Assembly: GCA_963708135.1 (NCBI GenBank)
Contig: OY970192.1
Location: 3,776,001 to 3,840,000 of the forward strand
Direction: 5' to 3'
DNA: 64,000 nt
Origin: an uncultured Gemmatimonadales bacterium
GTDB taxonomy: Bacteria > Gemmatimonadota > Gemmatimonadetes > Longimicrobiales > RSA9
The stretch's first letter is position 1. Every line of letters starts with the position of its first letter. The notes below the pieces were generated by a model. It worked only from the letters and a program-made list of their open reading frames with translations. It was not told where the DNA came from and made no database searches. The translations under genes were made by a program, and so were the position numbers. Below, piece by piece: positions 38,555 through 48,656 of the stretch.

Positions 38555-38899
38555 TCAGCCCTCCGCCTCGAGCAGCCGTATAACCGCCGCCGAGCGCCGC
38601 TTCCAATCGGCCGTCTCGGCCTCCAGACGCTTCCGGCCGGCGCGCGTGAGGGTGTAGTACCTGGCGCGGCGCGCGTTCTCCGTCTGGCGCCACTCGGCGT
38701 CCAGCAGGCCCGCGCGCTCGAGGCGCTGGAGCGCGGTGAGCAGCGAGCCGGGGTTCACCTTGAATACGTCGCGCGAGATCTGCTCGATGCGCCGCGCGAT
38801 CCCGAAGCCGTGCATCGGCTCCAGGCTGAGGGTCTTGAGGACGAGCAGATCCAGCGTCCCCTGGATGACGTCGGTTTTGGGCTGATTCGGCTGATCCAT
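38555..38899 (-). CDS. PadR-family transcriptional regulator (acidobacterial type)
   Basis: QGTLDLLVLKTL..PMHGFGIARRIEQ..GSL..ALQRLE..ENARRARYY.LT..GRK; stop 3 bp upstream of the ADOP start. Confidence 0.92.
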   Translation of the reverse strand: MDQPNQPKTDVIQGTLDLLVLKTLSLEPMHGFGIARRIEQISRDVFKVNPGSLLTALQRLERAGLLDAEWRQTENARRARYYTLTRAGRKRLEAETADWKRRSAAVIRLLEAEG

Positions 38900-38905
38900 G
38901 GCGAC

Positions 38906-38934
38906 AGGATACCGCCGCTCATCATGATTGTCAA
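38906..38934 (-). promoter_or_regulatory. Sigma70 promoter of the padR-ADOP operon, leaderless, with overlapping imperfect palindrome
   Basis: TTGACA(38934-38929)-N17-TATCCT(38911-38906)-N6-ATG(38899). Confidence 0.75.
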
Positions 38935-39100
38935 CATGTGAGGGTCAGGGGCAAGCTGCATCCGACCGACGCGGCACTCCGCCGCGGGCCCCCCGAGGTC
39001 CGGCGGGAGAGTGCAGCACCACCCGGCGGATGCCCGGGCCGAGGCAGTCCTCCGGAGGCCGGAAGTCGGTGGTGGGGTGGACGGATCGGCCGCGACCGGC

Positions 39101-39129
39101 TTGCTTTATGGCCTAGAGTACTTTAACGT
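39101..39129 (+). promoter_or_regulatory. Putative sigma70 promoter of the DUF4153 gene
   Basis: TTGCTT-N17-TAACGT in a local AT-rich patch. Confidence 0.55.
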
Positions 39130-39213
39130 TCGGCCGTTCCTGGACCTGCTGGCACGCCAGACGCCGGCCCTGGCGGCCGCGTGGGCATCCGACGATCTGC
39201 TGGGGCGGTGACG

Positions 39214-41121
39214 ATGACGACATCACTGATGGGCCGGGCCGGCCGCTACCTGGGCGATGCGCTACGCGGCGTCCGTCGGGCTCCCGTGGAGGTGATCGCC
39301 ACGCTCGTGGTGGCGGCAACGTTCTCCTGGGCGTTGCAGTCGAAGGCGGGCGATGCGGCGTTCCGGGCGTGGTCGGAGATCGCGGTGGCGTGTGCGCTGC
39401 TGCTCGTCCTCGCCTGGACGGGGACGCTGCTGCACGCGATGGGGCGGTGGGACGCGGCGCGGCGTTGGGCGTTCACGTTGGGCGGCGCGCTCGTCGTGGG
39501 GATCTACGCCTGGACGCTGGCGGACTTCCGCTACGAGGCGGAGGCCTGGCGCGCGGGGCTGCTCCTGGCCGCGGCGGTGGTGTGGCTGGTGGCGCTGCCG
39601 GCGTTCGGCGGGCGAGGCGAGTCCGGCGAGGAGCGGACCGTGCGGATGCGTCGCGTGGACGGCCGTTTCGTTCTCCGCGTCATCGGCGCGGTGCTGTACG
39701 GCGCCGCCCTCTTCGCCGGCCTGGCGCTGGCGCTCGCCGCGGTGGACAACCTCTTCGAGCTGCATTTCGAGGGAGAGATCTACGGACACGTCTGGGGGTG
39801 GATCGCGTTCGTGCTGATCCCGTGGATCGTGCTCGGAGGCCTGGAGGATTACGTCCGCGCCCCGGCGGAGCCCGGGCCGGCCGGGGGACCTGGAGCGAGT
39901 GGAGAAACGGCGGGGCCGGCCGGCGCGGGGTCGTCCGGGGTCGCCTCCGTCGCCTGGCGAATCGCCCTGTGGCTGGTGCCGCCGCTGCTCGCGCTGTACA
40001 CGCTGATCCTCTACGCGTACGTGGTCCGGATCCTGGTGACGGGGGAGATCCCGAAGAACCTGGTCTCGCCAATGGTGCTGGCGGCGGGCGGGCTGGCGGC
40101 GCTGGCGCTGCTGCTGTTCGATCCGAGGCCGGGCCGCGGCGGCCTCGCCCGGGGGCTCCGACTCGCACCCGCACTGTTCCTGCCGCTGGCGCCGCTGGGG
40201 TACTGGGCGCTGCTGGCGCGCATCGGCCAGTATGGCTGGACGGAGTTCCGGGTGGTACGACTGGTCGTGCTGAGCGCGCTGGTGGCGCTGGCGATCGCGG
40301 CGGGGATCCAGCTCGTGCGACGGCGCGCGTTCACCCTCCACGCGGCGCCCGTCGTGCTCGCGGTGGCCTTCCTGCTGAGCGCCGTGGGGCCCTGGAGCGC
40401 GCTGGCCGTCTCGCGGCGGAGTCAGGAAGGGAGGCTGGCCGGGGCGCTGGCGGAGGTGGGGAGCGCGCGCCAAGCGGCCCCCCCGCCGACCGCCGCGGCC
40501 ACGGCTGGGCCGACCGCCGACTCGTCGCGGGTGGTGCCCGCCGCGGCGTACGCGCAGATCCGCGAGAGCGCGCGTTACCTGGCCGGGCACTTCGGCCCCC
40601 GTGCGCTGCCCGCGCGCCTGGCCGGCTTCGCGGGGGAGCAGTCGGAGGGGGTGGACTACGCGGCGCGGCTGGGACTCCGGCCTGATTCGCCCGCCGCGCG
40701 GGAGGGACTCGCCATCGGCGGAACGCTCGGCCGGGGATTGCCCCTCGAGATCGGAGGCGGAACCGCCTACCGGGTCTCCTGGACGAGGGGCCCGCGCGGG
40801 CAGGATCGCCCGGAGGGCGCGGTCGCGCCCGGGGATCGGAGCCCGGTCGGCGTCGCCTTGCGCAGCGGCCTGCAACTCGAGCTGAGCGTCGGCGGGCGGG
40901 TGCTTGCGGCGGACCTGGGCCCGCTGATGCGCGAGCTCGAGCGGACGGCCGACCCGCGCGGGCCCGGCCAGCTGCCGCCGAACCACGCGCTCGTGCCGCT
41001 CGCCGACACGGCCGGGGACCGGGCCGGCGACTTCGTGGTCTGGGATCTCAGGGCGTATGCGGATTCCACTGGTTGGCGGCTCCAGCGGGTGGAAGGGCTG
41101 GCGGTGGTGAGCCGGAGGTGA
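39214..41121 (+). CDS. DUF4153-type polytopic membrane protein
   Basis: About ten TM helices; LALAAVDNLF, PLLALYTLILYAY..I...GEIPKN.VS, RIGQYGWTEFR, GPWSALAVSRRSQ. Confidence 0.75.
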   Translation: MTTSLMGRAGRYLGDALRGVRRAPVEVIATLVVAATFSWALQSKAGDAAFRAWSEIAVACALLLVLAWTGTLLHAMGRWDAARRWAFTLGGALVVGIYAWTLADFRYEAEAWRAGLLLAAAVVWLVALPAFGGRGESGEERTVRMRRVDGRFVLRVIGAVLYGAALFAGLALALAAVDNLFELHFEGEIYGHVWGWIAFVLIPWIVLGGLEDYVRAPAEPGPAGGPGASGETAGPAGAGSSGVASVAWRIALWLVPPLLALYTLILYAYVVRILVTGEIPKNLVSPMVLAAGGLAALALLLFDPRPGRGGLARGLRLAPALFLPLAPLGYWALLARIGQYGWTEFRVVRLVVLSALVALAIAAGIQLVRRRAFTLHAAPVVLAVAFLLSAVGPWSALAVSRRSQEGRLAGALAEVGSARQAAPPPTAAATAGPTADSSRVVPAAAYAQIRESARYLAGHFGPRALPARLAGFAGEQSEGVDYAARLGLRPDSPAAREGLAIGGTLGRGLPLEIGGGTAYRVSWTRGPRGQDRPEGAVAPGDRSPVGVALRSGLQLELSVGGRVLAADLGPLMRELERTADPRGPGQLPPNHALVPLADTAGDRAGDFVVWDLRAYADSTGWRLQRVEGLAVVSRR

Positions 41122-41194
41122 GGGGCCGAAGCACCGCGGGTAGTGTGGCGCGGGGCGTCGGCGGGAACGTTTCTGGCGGGCGCACCACGACGCC

Positions 41195-42625
41195 ATGAAA
41201 CTGACATCTGCTTCGCCGAAACGAACGATCGCGACGATCGCATTCGGAGCCGTCCTGGCGCTCGCCGCATGCCGGCGTGACGCCAGGAACGACACCGAGG
41301 ATCTGATCGACGCCACGCCGCCGCCGCCGCCACCGGTCCAGGTGTCACGCTTCAGCGTGCCGCTCCATTACGACTTTACAGCCGTGCTGCGCGACGTCGA
41401 GCGCGTCGTGCCGACGACGCTCGGCTCGCTGGACAGCGTCCGGATGGTCGGCAACGACACTCACCACCATTACGCATTCGAGGCGGATCGCGGTCCGTTT
41501 ACCGCCTTTGCCGAAGGGCGGCTCCTGCATCTGCGCGCAACGCTCTCCTATACCGCACGCGGCTTCTACAAACCGGTGATTGGTCCCACGATCAGCGCCG
41601 GTTGCGGCGGCGACTCCGTGCGCCCGCGCATCGTCGTCGAGCTGGCGACGCCGATCACGCTCACCGCCGATTGGCACCTCGCCTCGCATGCCGAGCTCGT
41701 CCACCTCGAACCCGCGTCCACCGAGCAGCGCGACCGCTGCGACGTGAGCATCCTGCATTACGACGTCACGGATCGCGTCATCGACGCGGCGCGAGCCGGG
41801 ATCGCAGCTCATCTGTCCGACATCGACAGCAAGATCGGCGAAGTCGAGGTGCGCGATCTCTTTGTCGGCTGGTGGGGGCTGCTGTCTCAACCGATTCAGC
41901 TGACGGATGGGGTGTGGCTGACGCTCGGACCCGAGCGCCTGCGGATCGGTCGAGTGAGTGGCGAAGGTCACGTGCTGACCGTGCCGGTCACCCTCGACGC
42001 ACATCCGCGGATCGTGACGTCGGTCGATGAGCCGCACGTCGATACCCTTCCGCTTCCCCCGCTCGGCCGCGACACGGTCGCCAACGGCTTTCACGTCGTG
42101 ATGGATGGATTGGTCGACTACGAGGCCGCGACCCTGGCCGTAGGCGTCGCGCTCGCCAACAAGAGCATCACCGAAGCTGGAAAGACCGTCACGATATCGT
42201 CGGTGCGAGTCAACCCGGCGTCCCAACGACGTCTCGCGCTCTCCGTTACCTTCACCGGCGACGCGAACGGTACGCTCCTGCTCCTCGGCACGCCGGTCCT
42301 CGACTCGACGAAGCTCGAAATTGCGGTGCCGGATCTCGACTACGACCTCGCCACGGACAGTCAGCTCCTCAACACGTACGCGTGGCTTCGGTCCAATGCG
42401 CTGCGATCGACACTGCGTGAAGAAGCCCATGTCCCTGTCGCACCGACGCTCGACCGCGCCAAAGACCTCCTGCTCCAGGGCCTGAATCGCAAGATTGGCG
42501 ATGTGCTGACACTCAGCGCGACCGTCGATACGGTCGCGGTGCGCGGAGTATACGTGACGCGCGCCGGCATCGTCGTGCGCGCCGAGGCGACAGGCCAGGC
42601 CGGCGTAGCGGTCAGGCAGCGCTGA
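41195..42625 (+). CDS. DUF4403 family lipoprotein
   Basis: Lipobox LAAC; beta-rich; W..LSQPIQLTDGVWL..PE, G.L.L.GTP..D..L..PDLDYDL. Confidence 0.65.
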   Translation: MKLTSASPKRTIATIAFGAVLALAACRRDARNDTEDLIDATPPPPPPVQVSRFSVPLHYDFTAVLRDVERVVPTTLGSLDSVRMVGNDTHHHYAFEADRGPFTAFAEGRLLHLRATLSYTARGFYKPVIGPTISAGCGGDSVRPRIVVELATPITLTADWHLASHAELVHLEPASTEQRDRCDVSILHYDVTDRVIDAARAGIAAHLSDIDSKIGEVEVRDLFVGWWGLLSQPIQLTDGVWLTLGPERLRIGRVSGEGHVLTVPVTLDAHPRIVTSVDEPHVDTLPLPPLGRDTVANGFHVVMDGLVDYEAATLAVGVALANKSITEAGKTVTISSVRVNPASQRRLALSVTFTGDANGTLLLLGTPVLDSTKLEIAVPDLDYDLATDSQLLNTYAWLRSNALRSTLREEAHVPVAPTLDRAKDLLLQGLNRKIGDVLTLSATVDTVAVRGVYVTRAGIVVRAEATGQAGVAVRQR

Positions 42626-42644
42626 AGCCCGCTGCACGGGCTTC
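42624..42644 (+). terminator. Hairpin at the DUF4403 stop
   Basis: GAAGCCCG-CTGCA-CGGGCTTC; no U-tract. Confidence 0.35.
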
Positions 42645-43270
42645 GCACCGGCACACTCTACGACGAGGCGCCCCCCTCGTGACGCCTGGGCCGGGTTCAG
42701 CGTGATCCCCGGGAGCGCCCGCGCCACCCGCCGGCGACCGGGGGTGTCATGATCGGGCTGTCCAAAACGTTGTAGTGATATCCCAAGTTCTTCGCGCTTC
42801 GATCAGAGTCAACGCGTGCCATGGCGACGGGCGCCGTACCGGCCGCGCAGGAGCGGCACATATCGGGTTCAAGCTTCCGCTACCGCACTGTCCAGATCCG
42901 GCGCGGCGCCCCCACGCATTTAGGCCAGTCTCATCCTGCTGGCGGCCGCCGCGTCCCGCCGGGACCACAGCCGGGCCGGGGAATCGCCCGATTCGCGATT
43001 CCAACTATCTCTCTATCCACAGGGGGTCTCTATTGGCTCCAATCGACTCTCGTTGACCAACGCTCCAACGCGCATGACACCCCGGCTGTGTAGACCCTGC
43101 GGGCAGCACGAGTTGGACGCGACGGCACCCGGCGCTGCTCGGGCGAGGTCTCCTGTACGGCCGCCAGTGCAATCGGACGAATCAGGCGCAAGCTGAAGTT
43201 GTCCAGCAATGCGTTCGGGCGCTGAACGCGTTGGGAAAGGATCCTCAAATCCGGAGAGGGGCCTCTCATC

Positions 43271-46200
43271 ATGAAGAAACCTTTATTTCTCGCCACTGTC
43301 GCGGTTTGCATGCTCGCGTCCCCGGCCCTGGCACAGCAAAAAACGGTGACGGGAAAGGTCAGCGATGCGCAGGGTACTCCATTGGCCGGCGCGCAGATCG
43401 CCATCAAGGGGACGTCCCTTGGCGCGCTGACCAACACCGAGGGGACGTATTCGATCCAGGCTCGGCCCGGCCAGGTGCTGCAGTTCAGCTACCTCGGCCA
43501 TGCGACGGTCGAACGCACTGTGGGTGCCGCCAACGTCATCAACGTCACGCTGCGCGCGGCAGCCATCAACCTCGAGGCCGTCGAGGTCACGGCGCTCGGA
43601 CGGACGGCCGCACGCCGAACCCTGGGCACCTCACAGCAGACCGTGCAGGGTGCCGCCATTGCCCAGACGCAGCGACCGGATTTCCTGAATGCGCTCTCCG
43701 GGCGCGTTGCCGGCGTGGATGTAACTACCACCTCCGGCGTTCCGGGCGCTTCCAGTCTGATCACCATCCGCGGCGTCAGCTCGATCAGCAGCAGCAACCA
43801 GCCGCTCATCATCGTGGACGGTCTTCCGGTCAACAACTCGACCATTGCCACAGTGGCCTTCGCGGCGGACAGGCCCAACACGAACGCGGCGTTCGACAAC
43901 CGCGGGATCGACTTCACCAACCGGGCTTCGGACTTCAACCCCGAAGACATTCAGTCGATCACCGTGCTGAAGGGGCCGGAAGCGGCCGCACTCTACGGCA
44001 TTGACGCGGCAAATGGCGCTATCGTCATTACCACCAAGCACGGCACGCCGGGTACCGGCGGCCTGGAGTACAGCAACAGCATTCAGATCGCCAGCATAGC
44101 GAAATACCCCGAGATCCAGAAAGTCTACGGCCCCAGCGGTCTGTATGGCGACAGCTACTCCTATTTCGGGGACAAGTACGCACCGGGCACGACGTTCTAC
44201 AACAACATCGAGGGCTTCTTCCAGACGGCCGTGACCCAGAAACACAATCTTGCGTTCAGCGGGGCCACTCCAGACAACCGCGTGAACTACCGTATTTCGT
44301 CCAGCCTGACGAAACAGAAGGGTATTGTCCCGAATACCAAGTACGACCGCATCAACGTCATGGCCAACTCTCAGGCCCAGGTCACGAACTGGCTGCATGC
44401 CGATGTCGTGATGCAATACGCCTACGACACCAACCACCAGCCTCTGCGCGGGTCCGCCGCCGGGCCCCTGCTCGGGTTGCTCGTCTGGCCGGATACGGTC
44501 GACGCGCAGAATTGGCTCACCGCCGCCGGTACGCGGCTCAGGCTGACTACCCTGTCGGAAGGGTCGGAACTGGACAACCCCTATTTCGCCGTCAACAAGA
44601 ATCAGAACAACAACAAGACGAACCGACTCAACGTCAACTTCGGATTCAGCGTTTCGCCGTTCTCCTGGGGCTACCTCAAGAGCAACATTGGTGTGGACAA
44701 CTACACCTCCAATTATCTGGTCCTCAGGCATCCGGAGAGCACGCTGGGGTACTCGAACCACGGCATCATCGACCAGTCAGACGTGATGACGCGCAATATC
44801 AACGCGCAGACGGTTTTCAACTTCAACCGGTACGACATCACAAAGGGCATGTCGATCAGCGGCTTTGTCGGAAACTCCATCACCAATGACAGAAACCAGG
44901 CGGATGGTACCGAGGGGTTGGATTTCCTGGACCCCAACTTCGTTTCCGTCAACAACGTGAACCTGCAGGCGAGCACCAGCAATCTGTACCGCCGCCGCCT
45001 GGTCAGCGCGTTCGGTTCCGCGACGCTCAACTTCAACGATTACCTCTACATCACGGGCACCGGCCGCAACGACTGGACATCGACGATTCCCCAGGAGCGC
45101 AATTCATTCTTCTACCCGTCCGTTTCCGGGAGCTTCGTCTTCTCGGACGCGTTTCCAGCGGTTCGCCAGTTCATGACGGGGCGGTTGCGGGCCGCCTATG
45201 CCGAGGTCGGCAGAGATGCGCAGCCCTACTCGTATCGGCCGTCGCTGCTGCACAGAACGACGTCCTACGGGGGCTACAGCTACAACTACTGGGGCCCGAA
45301 TCTGAATCTCAGGCCCGAGTTTGCCAGATCCTACGAGGTCGGCACCGAGCTGGGCTTCCTGGATGATCGCCTCGGCCTGGATGTCTCGCTTTACCGCAAG
45401 ACCACCCGGGATCAGATCGTTCAGAACATTCGTGGCAGCTACGCGACGGGGTTCGTTCTCTTCAACCTCAACGGGGCGTCGACCCGAAATCAGGGTGTCG
45501 AGGTGACGCTGCGCGGCAGTCCGGTTCTGGGCAGACGCTTCTCCTGGGACGTTATCGCGAACTTCGCGGCGGAGCGCGGCAAGGTGTTGAGCCTGCCGCA
45601 CGAGCTGCCGGAATCCTATAACTCCGACACCTGGCTCTACGACGGAGTCCGCAACGGGACCAGGCCGGGCCTGTCGACGATGTCGCTCATGGGTCAGTTC
45701 TATCAGCGGGTGGAAACGGACAGTGCGGGGATGAAGGGTGCGCTGTTGATCGATCCGACGACGGGTCTGCCGCTGCTGCATGCGGACTTCATCGATGCTG
45801 GATTCGATCGGCAACCCGACTTCACGCTCGGCATCGGTAACACGTTCCGCTACAGGAGCTTCACGCTGGATTTCCTGTTCGACATCCGCAAGGGTGGTGA
45901 CGTCTACAACGCGACCGAGCAGTACCTCACGGCCAGGGGGTTGTCCACGCAGACGCTGGATCGCGAGACGCCGCGCGTGGTCAAGGGGGTCATCCGGGAT
46001 GGGAACGAGAACAGCCCCAATCCAACCGTCAACAACATCGAGGTCACCCCGGCCGATGAACCGCAGTACTACACCAACATGAGCGCCGAGGATTTCATCC
46101 AGCGCAACGTCAACTGGTTGCGGCTGCGCGATGCGACGCTCTCGTATCAGTTGCCGGCCAACAAGATCCTGCATGCCCACACGGCCAGCATCTACATCAC

Positions 46201-46357
46201 GGGGACGGACCTGCTTCTCATTACCAACTACACCGGGCTGGACCCGATCGTCAACGGCAATACTGCGGCAGTGGGCGGATCGAGCGGAGTTGGCATTGAT
46301 TTCGGCAATTTCCCGATGCCGCGCGCGTTCAACTTCGGCATCAGAGTGGGGTTTTAA
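43271..46357 (+). CDS. susC: SusC/RagA-family TonB-dependent outer membrane transporter
   Basis: Carboxypeptidase-regulatory-like N-domain, SGVPGASSLITIRG, PLIIVDG, DFNPEDIQSITVLKGPEAAALYG..AANGAIVITTK, SFFYPSVS, C-terminal F. Confidence 0.95.
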   Translation: MKKPLFLATVAVCMLASPALAQQKTVTGKVSDAQGTPLAGAQIAIKGTSLGALTNTEGTYSIQARPGQVLQFSYLGHATVERTVGAANVINVTLRAAAINLEAVEVTALGRTAARRTLGTSQQTVQGAAIAQTQRPDFLNALSGRVAGVDVTTTSGVPGASSLITIRGVSSISSSNQPLIIVDGLPVNNSTIATVAFAADRPNTNAAFDNRGIDFTNRASDFNPEDIQSITVLKGPEAAALYGIDAANGAIVITTKHGTPGTGGLEYSNSIQIASIAKYPEIQKVYGPSGLYGDSYSYFGDKYAPGTTFYNNIEGFFQTAVTQKHNLAFSGATPDNRVNYRISSSLTKQKGIVPNTKYDRINVMANSQAQVTNWLHADVVMQYAYDTNHQPLRGSAAGPLLGLLVWPDTVDAQNWLTAAGTRLRLTTLSEGSELDNPYFAVNKNQNNNKTNRLNVNFGFSVSPFSWGYLKSNIGVDNYTSNYLVLRHPESTLGYSNHGIIDQSDVMTRNINAQTVFNFNRYDITKGMSISGFVGNSITNDRNQADGTEGLDFLDPNFVSVNNVNLQASTSNLYRRRLVSAFGSATLNFNDYLYITGTGRNDWTSTIPQERNSFFYPSVSGSFVFSDAFPAVRQFMTGRLRAAYAEVGRDAQPYSYRPSLLHRTTSYGGYSYNYWGPNLNLRPEFARSYEVGTELGFLDDRLGLDVSLYRKTTRDQIVQNIRGSYATGFVLFNLNGASTRNQGVEVTLRGSPVLGRRFSWDVIANFAAERGKVLSLPHELPESYNSDTWLYDGVRNGTRPGLSTMSLMGQFYQRVETDSAGMKGALLIDPTTGLPLLHADFIDAGFDRQPDFTLGIGNTFRYRSFTLDFLFDIRKGGDVYNATEQYLTARGLSTQTLDRETPRVVKGVIRDGNENSPNPTVNNIEVTPADEPQYYTNMSAEDFIQRNVNWLRLRDATLSYQLPANKILHAHTASIYITGTDLLLITNYTGLDPIVNGNTAAVGGSSGVGIDFGNFPMPRAFNFGIRVGF

Positions 46358-46359
46358 CC

Positions 46360-47952
46360 ATGAAATTCACGATGAAGCCGATCAGAAAAGCAGGTGCAGT
46401 GCTTCTCCTGGGCGTCGCCACCCTGAGCGCGTCTGCCTGCCGGGATTTCCTGGACGTCAACAAGAACCCCAACGGGCCTGAGGTGGTCAGTGCCAACCTG
46501 TACCTGCCATCCATGATCCACTGGATGGTGACGTCTCCGCAGTACGACGGCCGCTACGTGAGCCTGTACAACCAGGAGTTCGTGTACCCGTACGGCGGCT
46601 ATCGGCGGAACGATTTCCAGAGGATGGGCTACCTGCCGGGCAGCGACGTCGGTGGCGAGCAGTGGCGAATGACCTACTGGCTGTTCGGGCAGAACCTCAT
46701 CGACATGATGGACGAGGCCCGGGCCGAGCAGCGCTGGGACGTGCTGGGCGTGGGTTACGTGCTCAAGGCCGTTGGCTGGCAGGACGTAACGGATATGCAC
46801 GGCCCGATCATCATCAAGGAAGCGTTCGACCAGACCAGGTTCAGCTTCGACTACGACTCGCAGGAGTACGCGTATCAGACCATCCAGGACGACCTGGACA
46901 GTGCCATCGTGTACTTGCAGAGGACCGATGGCGCCGTCAACGCGTCGTATCTGGCGCAGGGCGACCACATGTACAACGGCGATCGCGCCAGCTGGCTCAG
47001 GTTCGCCTATGGCCTGCTCGCCCTCAACCTGAATCACTACTCGAACAAGGCGAGCTACGATCCGCACGCGGTGATTGCCGCGGTCGACAACTCGTTTACC
47101 AGCAACGCGGACGATGCGGAACTCAAGTATCCCGGCCAGCAATCGAACGATGACCTCAATTTCCTGGGGCCGACGCGCGGCAACTTCCCCTACTACCGGC
47201 AGTCGGACTTCATCGTGCACCTGATGGACGGTACCGAATTCGGCGGAACGGTCGATCCGCGTATGAGCCGCATGCTGTCGGCGGCGCCCGACAACCAGTA
47301 TCGTGGCGTCAATGTGAACGATGACAGCTGGGGTGACCTCACGACCGACCAGCGGCCCAACAACGTCTACGGCTACCCTGGCGCCACGCGCGTCGGCCTG
47401 CCCGGGAAGTACATCTTTTCCGATAAGGCCGAGGTTCCGGTGCTCACCTACGCGGAGCTGCAGTTCATCAAGGCGGAGGCCGCTTTGCGGGCGGGCGACC
47501 AGGGAACGGCGTTGATGGCCTACAAGAACGGCATCTCGGCTTCCATGGATTTTGTCAACAAGCACAACCTGGATGACGGGCAGTGGCCAACCCAGATCAC
47601 GGCCGATGAGAAGGAGGCCTTCCTGTCCGACCCGAACATCGTGCCGTCCATGCTCACGTTGTCCCACGTCATGTCCCAGAAGTTCATCGCGCTGTGGGGC
47701 TGGGGCCACGATGAGATCTGGATGGATCTGCGCCGCTATAATTACACCGACATGGATCCGGTCAGCGGCACCGAGGTGTTCCGCGGTTTCGGAGTGCCGA
47801 CGAATCTCTACGGCGACAACAACGGCAAGGTTGTCGAGCGCATGCGGCCAAGGTACAATTCCGAGTACGTGTGGAACCAGGCTGGTCTGGCGAAGGTCGG
47901 CGGCCTAGCCCCCGATTACCACACCGTGCCGGAATGGATCACCGAGCCCTGA
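46360..47952 (+). CDS. susD: SusD/RagB-family lipoprotein
   Basis: Lipobox SAC followed by DFLDVNKNPN; TYAELQFIKAEAALR; QKFIALW..EIWMDLRR; 2 bp after the susC stop. Confidence 0.92.
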   Translation: MKFTMKPIRKAGAVLLLGVATLSASACRDFLDVNKNPNGPEVVSANLYLPSMIHWMVTSPQYDGRYVSLYNQEFVYPYGGYRRNDFQRMGYLPGSDVGGEQWRMTYWLFGQNLIDMMDEARAEQRWDVLGVGYVLKAVGWQDVTDMHGPIIIKEAFDQTRFSFDYDSQEYAYQTIQDDLDSAIVYLQRTDGAVNASYLAQGDHMYNGDRASWLRFAYGLLALNLNHYSNKASYDPHAVIAAVDNSFTSNADDAELKYPGQQSNDDLNFLGPTRGNFPYYRQSDFIVHLMDGTEFGGTVDPRMSRMLSAAPDNQYRGVNVNDDSWGDLTTDQRPNNVYGYPGATRVGLPGKYIFSDKAEVPVLTYAELQFIKAEAALRAGDQGTALMAYKNGISASMDFVNKHNLDDGQWPTQITADEKEAFLSDPNIVPSMLTLSHVMSQKFIALWGWGHDEIWMDLRRYNYTDMDPVSGTEVFRGFGVPTNLYGDNNGKVVERMRPRYNSEYVWNQAGLAKVGGLAPDYHTVPEWITEP

Positions 47953-48060
47953 GCGGGACCGGATGTGACCGGACATCGCCGGCATCCTGACCCGTGAACG
48001 CGGGAATGCGGAGGGCGGACATGAGCCAACGTCTCCCATGTTCGCCCTCCGCGTTGCTTT

Positions 48061-48648
48061 TTGCAGCGTATGAGATCGGGACAACCTGATCAGGAGGGAA
48101 ACGTGACGTTTTCGGTGCCAGGCCGTTCCCGCTCCACGTTCTTGCGCGGCGGATGGTGGGCCGCGATTCCGCTCGTCATGGCCACGGCACAGCCGGTTGT
48201 CGTGCAGGTGCGCGAGTACGAGGGATCCACGACGGCCAATGTCGTCGCCTGGAGCTCCAGGCGTCCGAATTGGGGGCTGCGAACCGCCGTACGCAAGAAC
48301 GGATCGCTGGAACGCGACCACTACGTTTTCGTCAACACGATCTTTCTCGGACTGAAGTCCTCACCGCGGTTCGTGAAGATGCTCGAGCCGCGCGTACGGA
48401 ATCTGGAGACCACGATCGTCTCGAACGATGTTCACAGCTGCTACCGGAGCGATCTGTGCTCCCCGCGCTCCTACCTGGCCGCGCGCGTTCCTGATCGACT
48501 GTTGCAGGCCAGGCCGGACAGCATCGTGCTGGTGTTGCCGTCCGAAAGAGACGCCAGTGGTCAGGTCACGATCAGGATCACGACCAATGTGATCACGCCC
48601 TACGTTGCGACGGTCGATTCGCTGGTCGCCGCGCGCAAGAAAAAGTAG
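48061..48648 (+). CDS. Hypothetical protein, possibly exported (start uncertain, perhaps GTG ~48103)
   Basis: Protein-like composition, hydrophobic N-terminal stretch, one Cys pair (CYRSDLC), AGGAGG before 48103. Confidence 0.55.
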   Translation: MQRMRSGQPDQEGNVTFSVPGRSRSTFLRGGWWAAIPLVMATAQPVVVQVREYEGSTTANVVAWSSRRPNWGLRTAVRKNGSLERDHYVFVNTIFLGLKSSPRFVKMLEPRVRNLETTIVSNDVHSCYRSDLCSPRSYLAARVPDRLLQARPDSIVLVLPSERDASGQVTIRITTNVITPYVATVDSLVAARKKK

Positions 48649-48656
48649 CCGTCCGC

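Noticed and set aside
36044..38941. 965-aa plus-strand ORF and similar antisense ORFs throughout the window
   Set aside because: Antisense shadows of well-supported genes, expected at this GC content.
42626..43270. Cobalamin or TPP riboswitch before the TonB-dependent receptor
   Set aside because: I could not find the B12-box or the TPP CUGAGA core by eye; an Infernal search would be needed.
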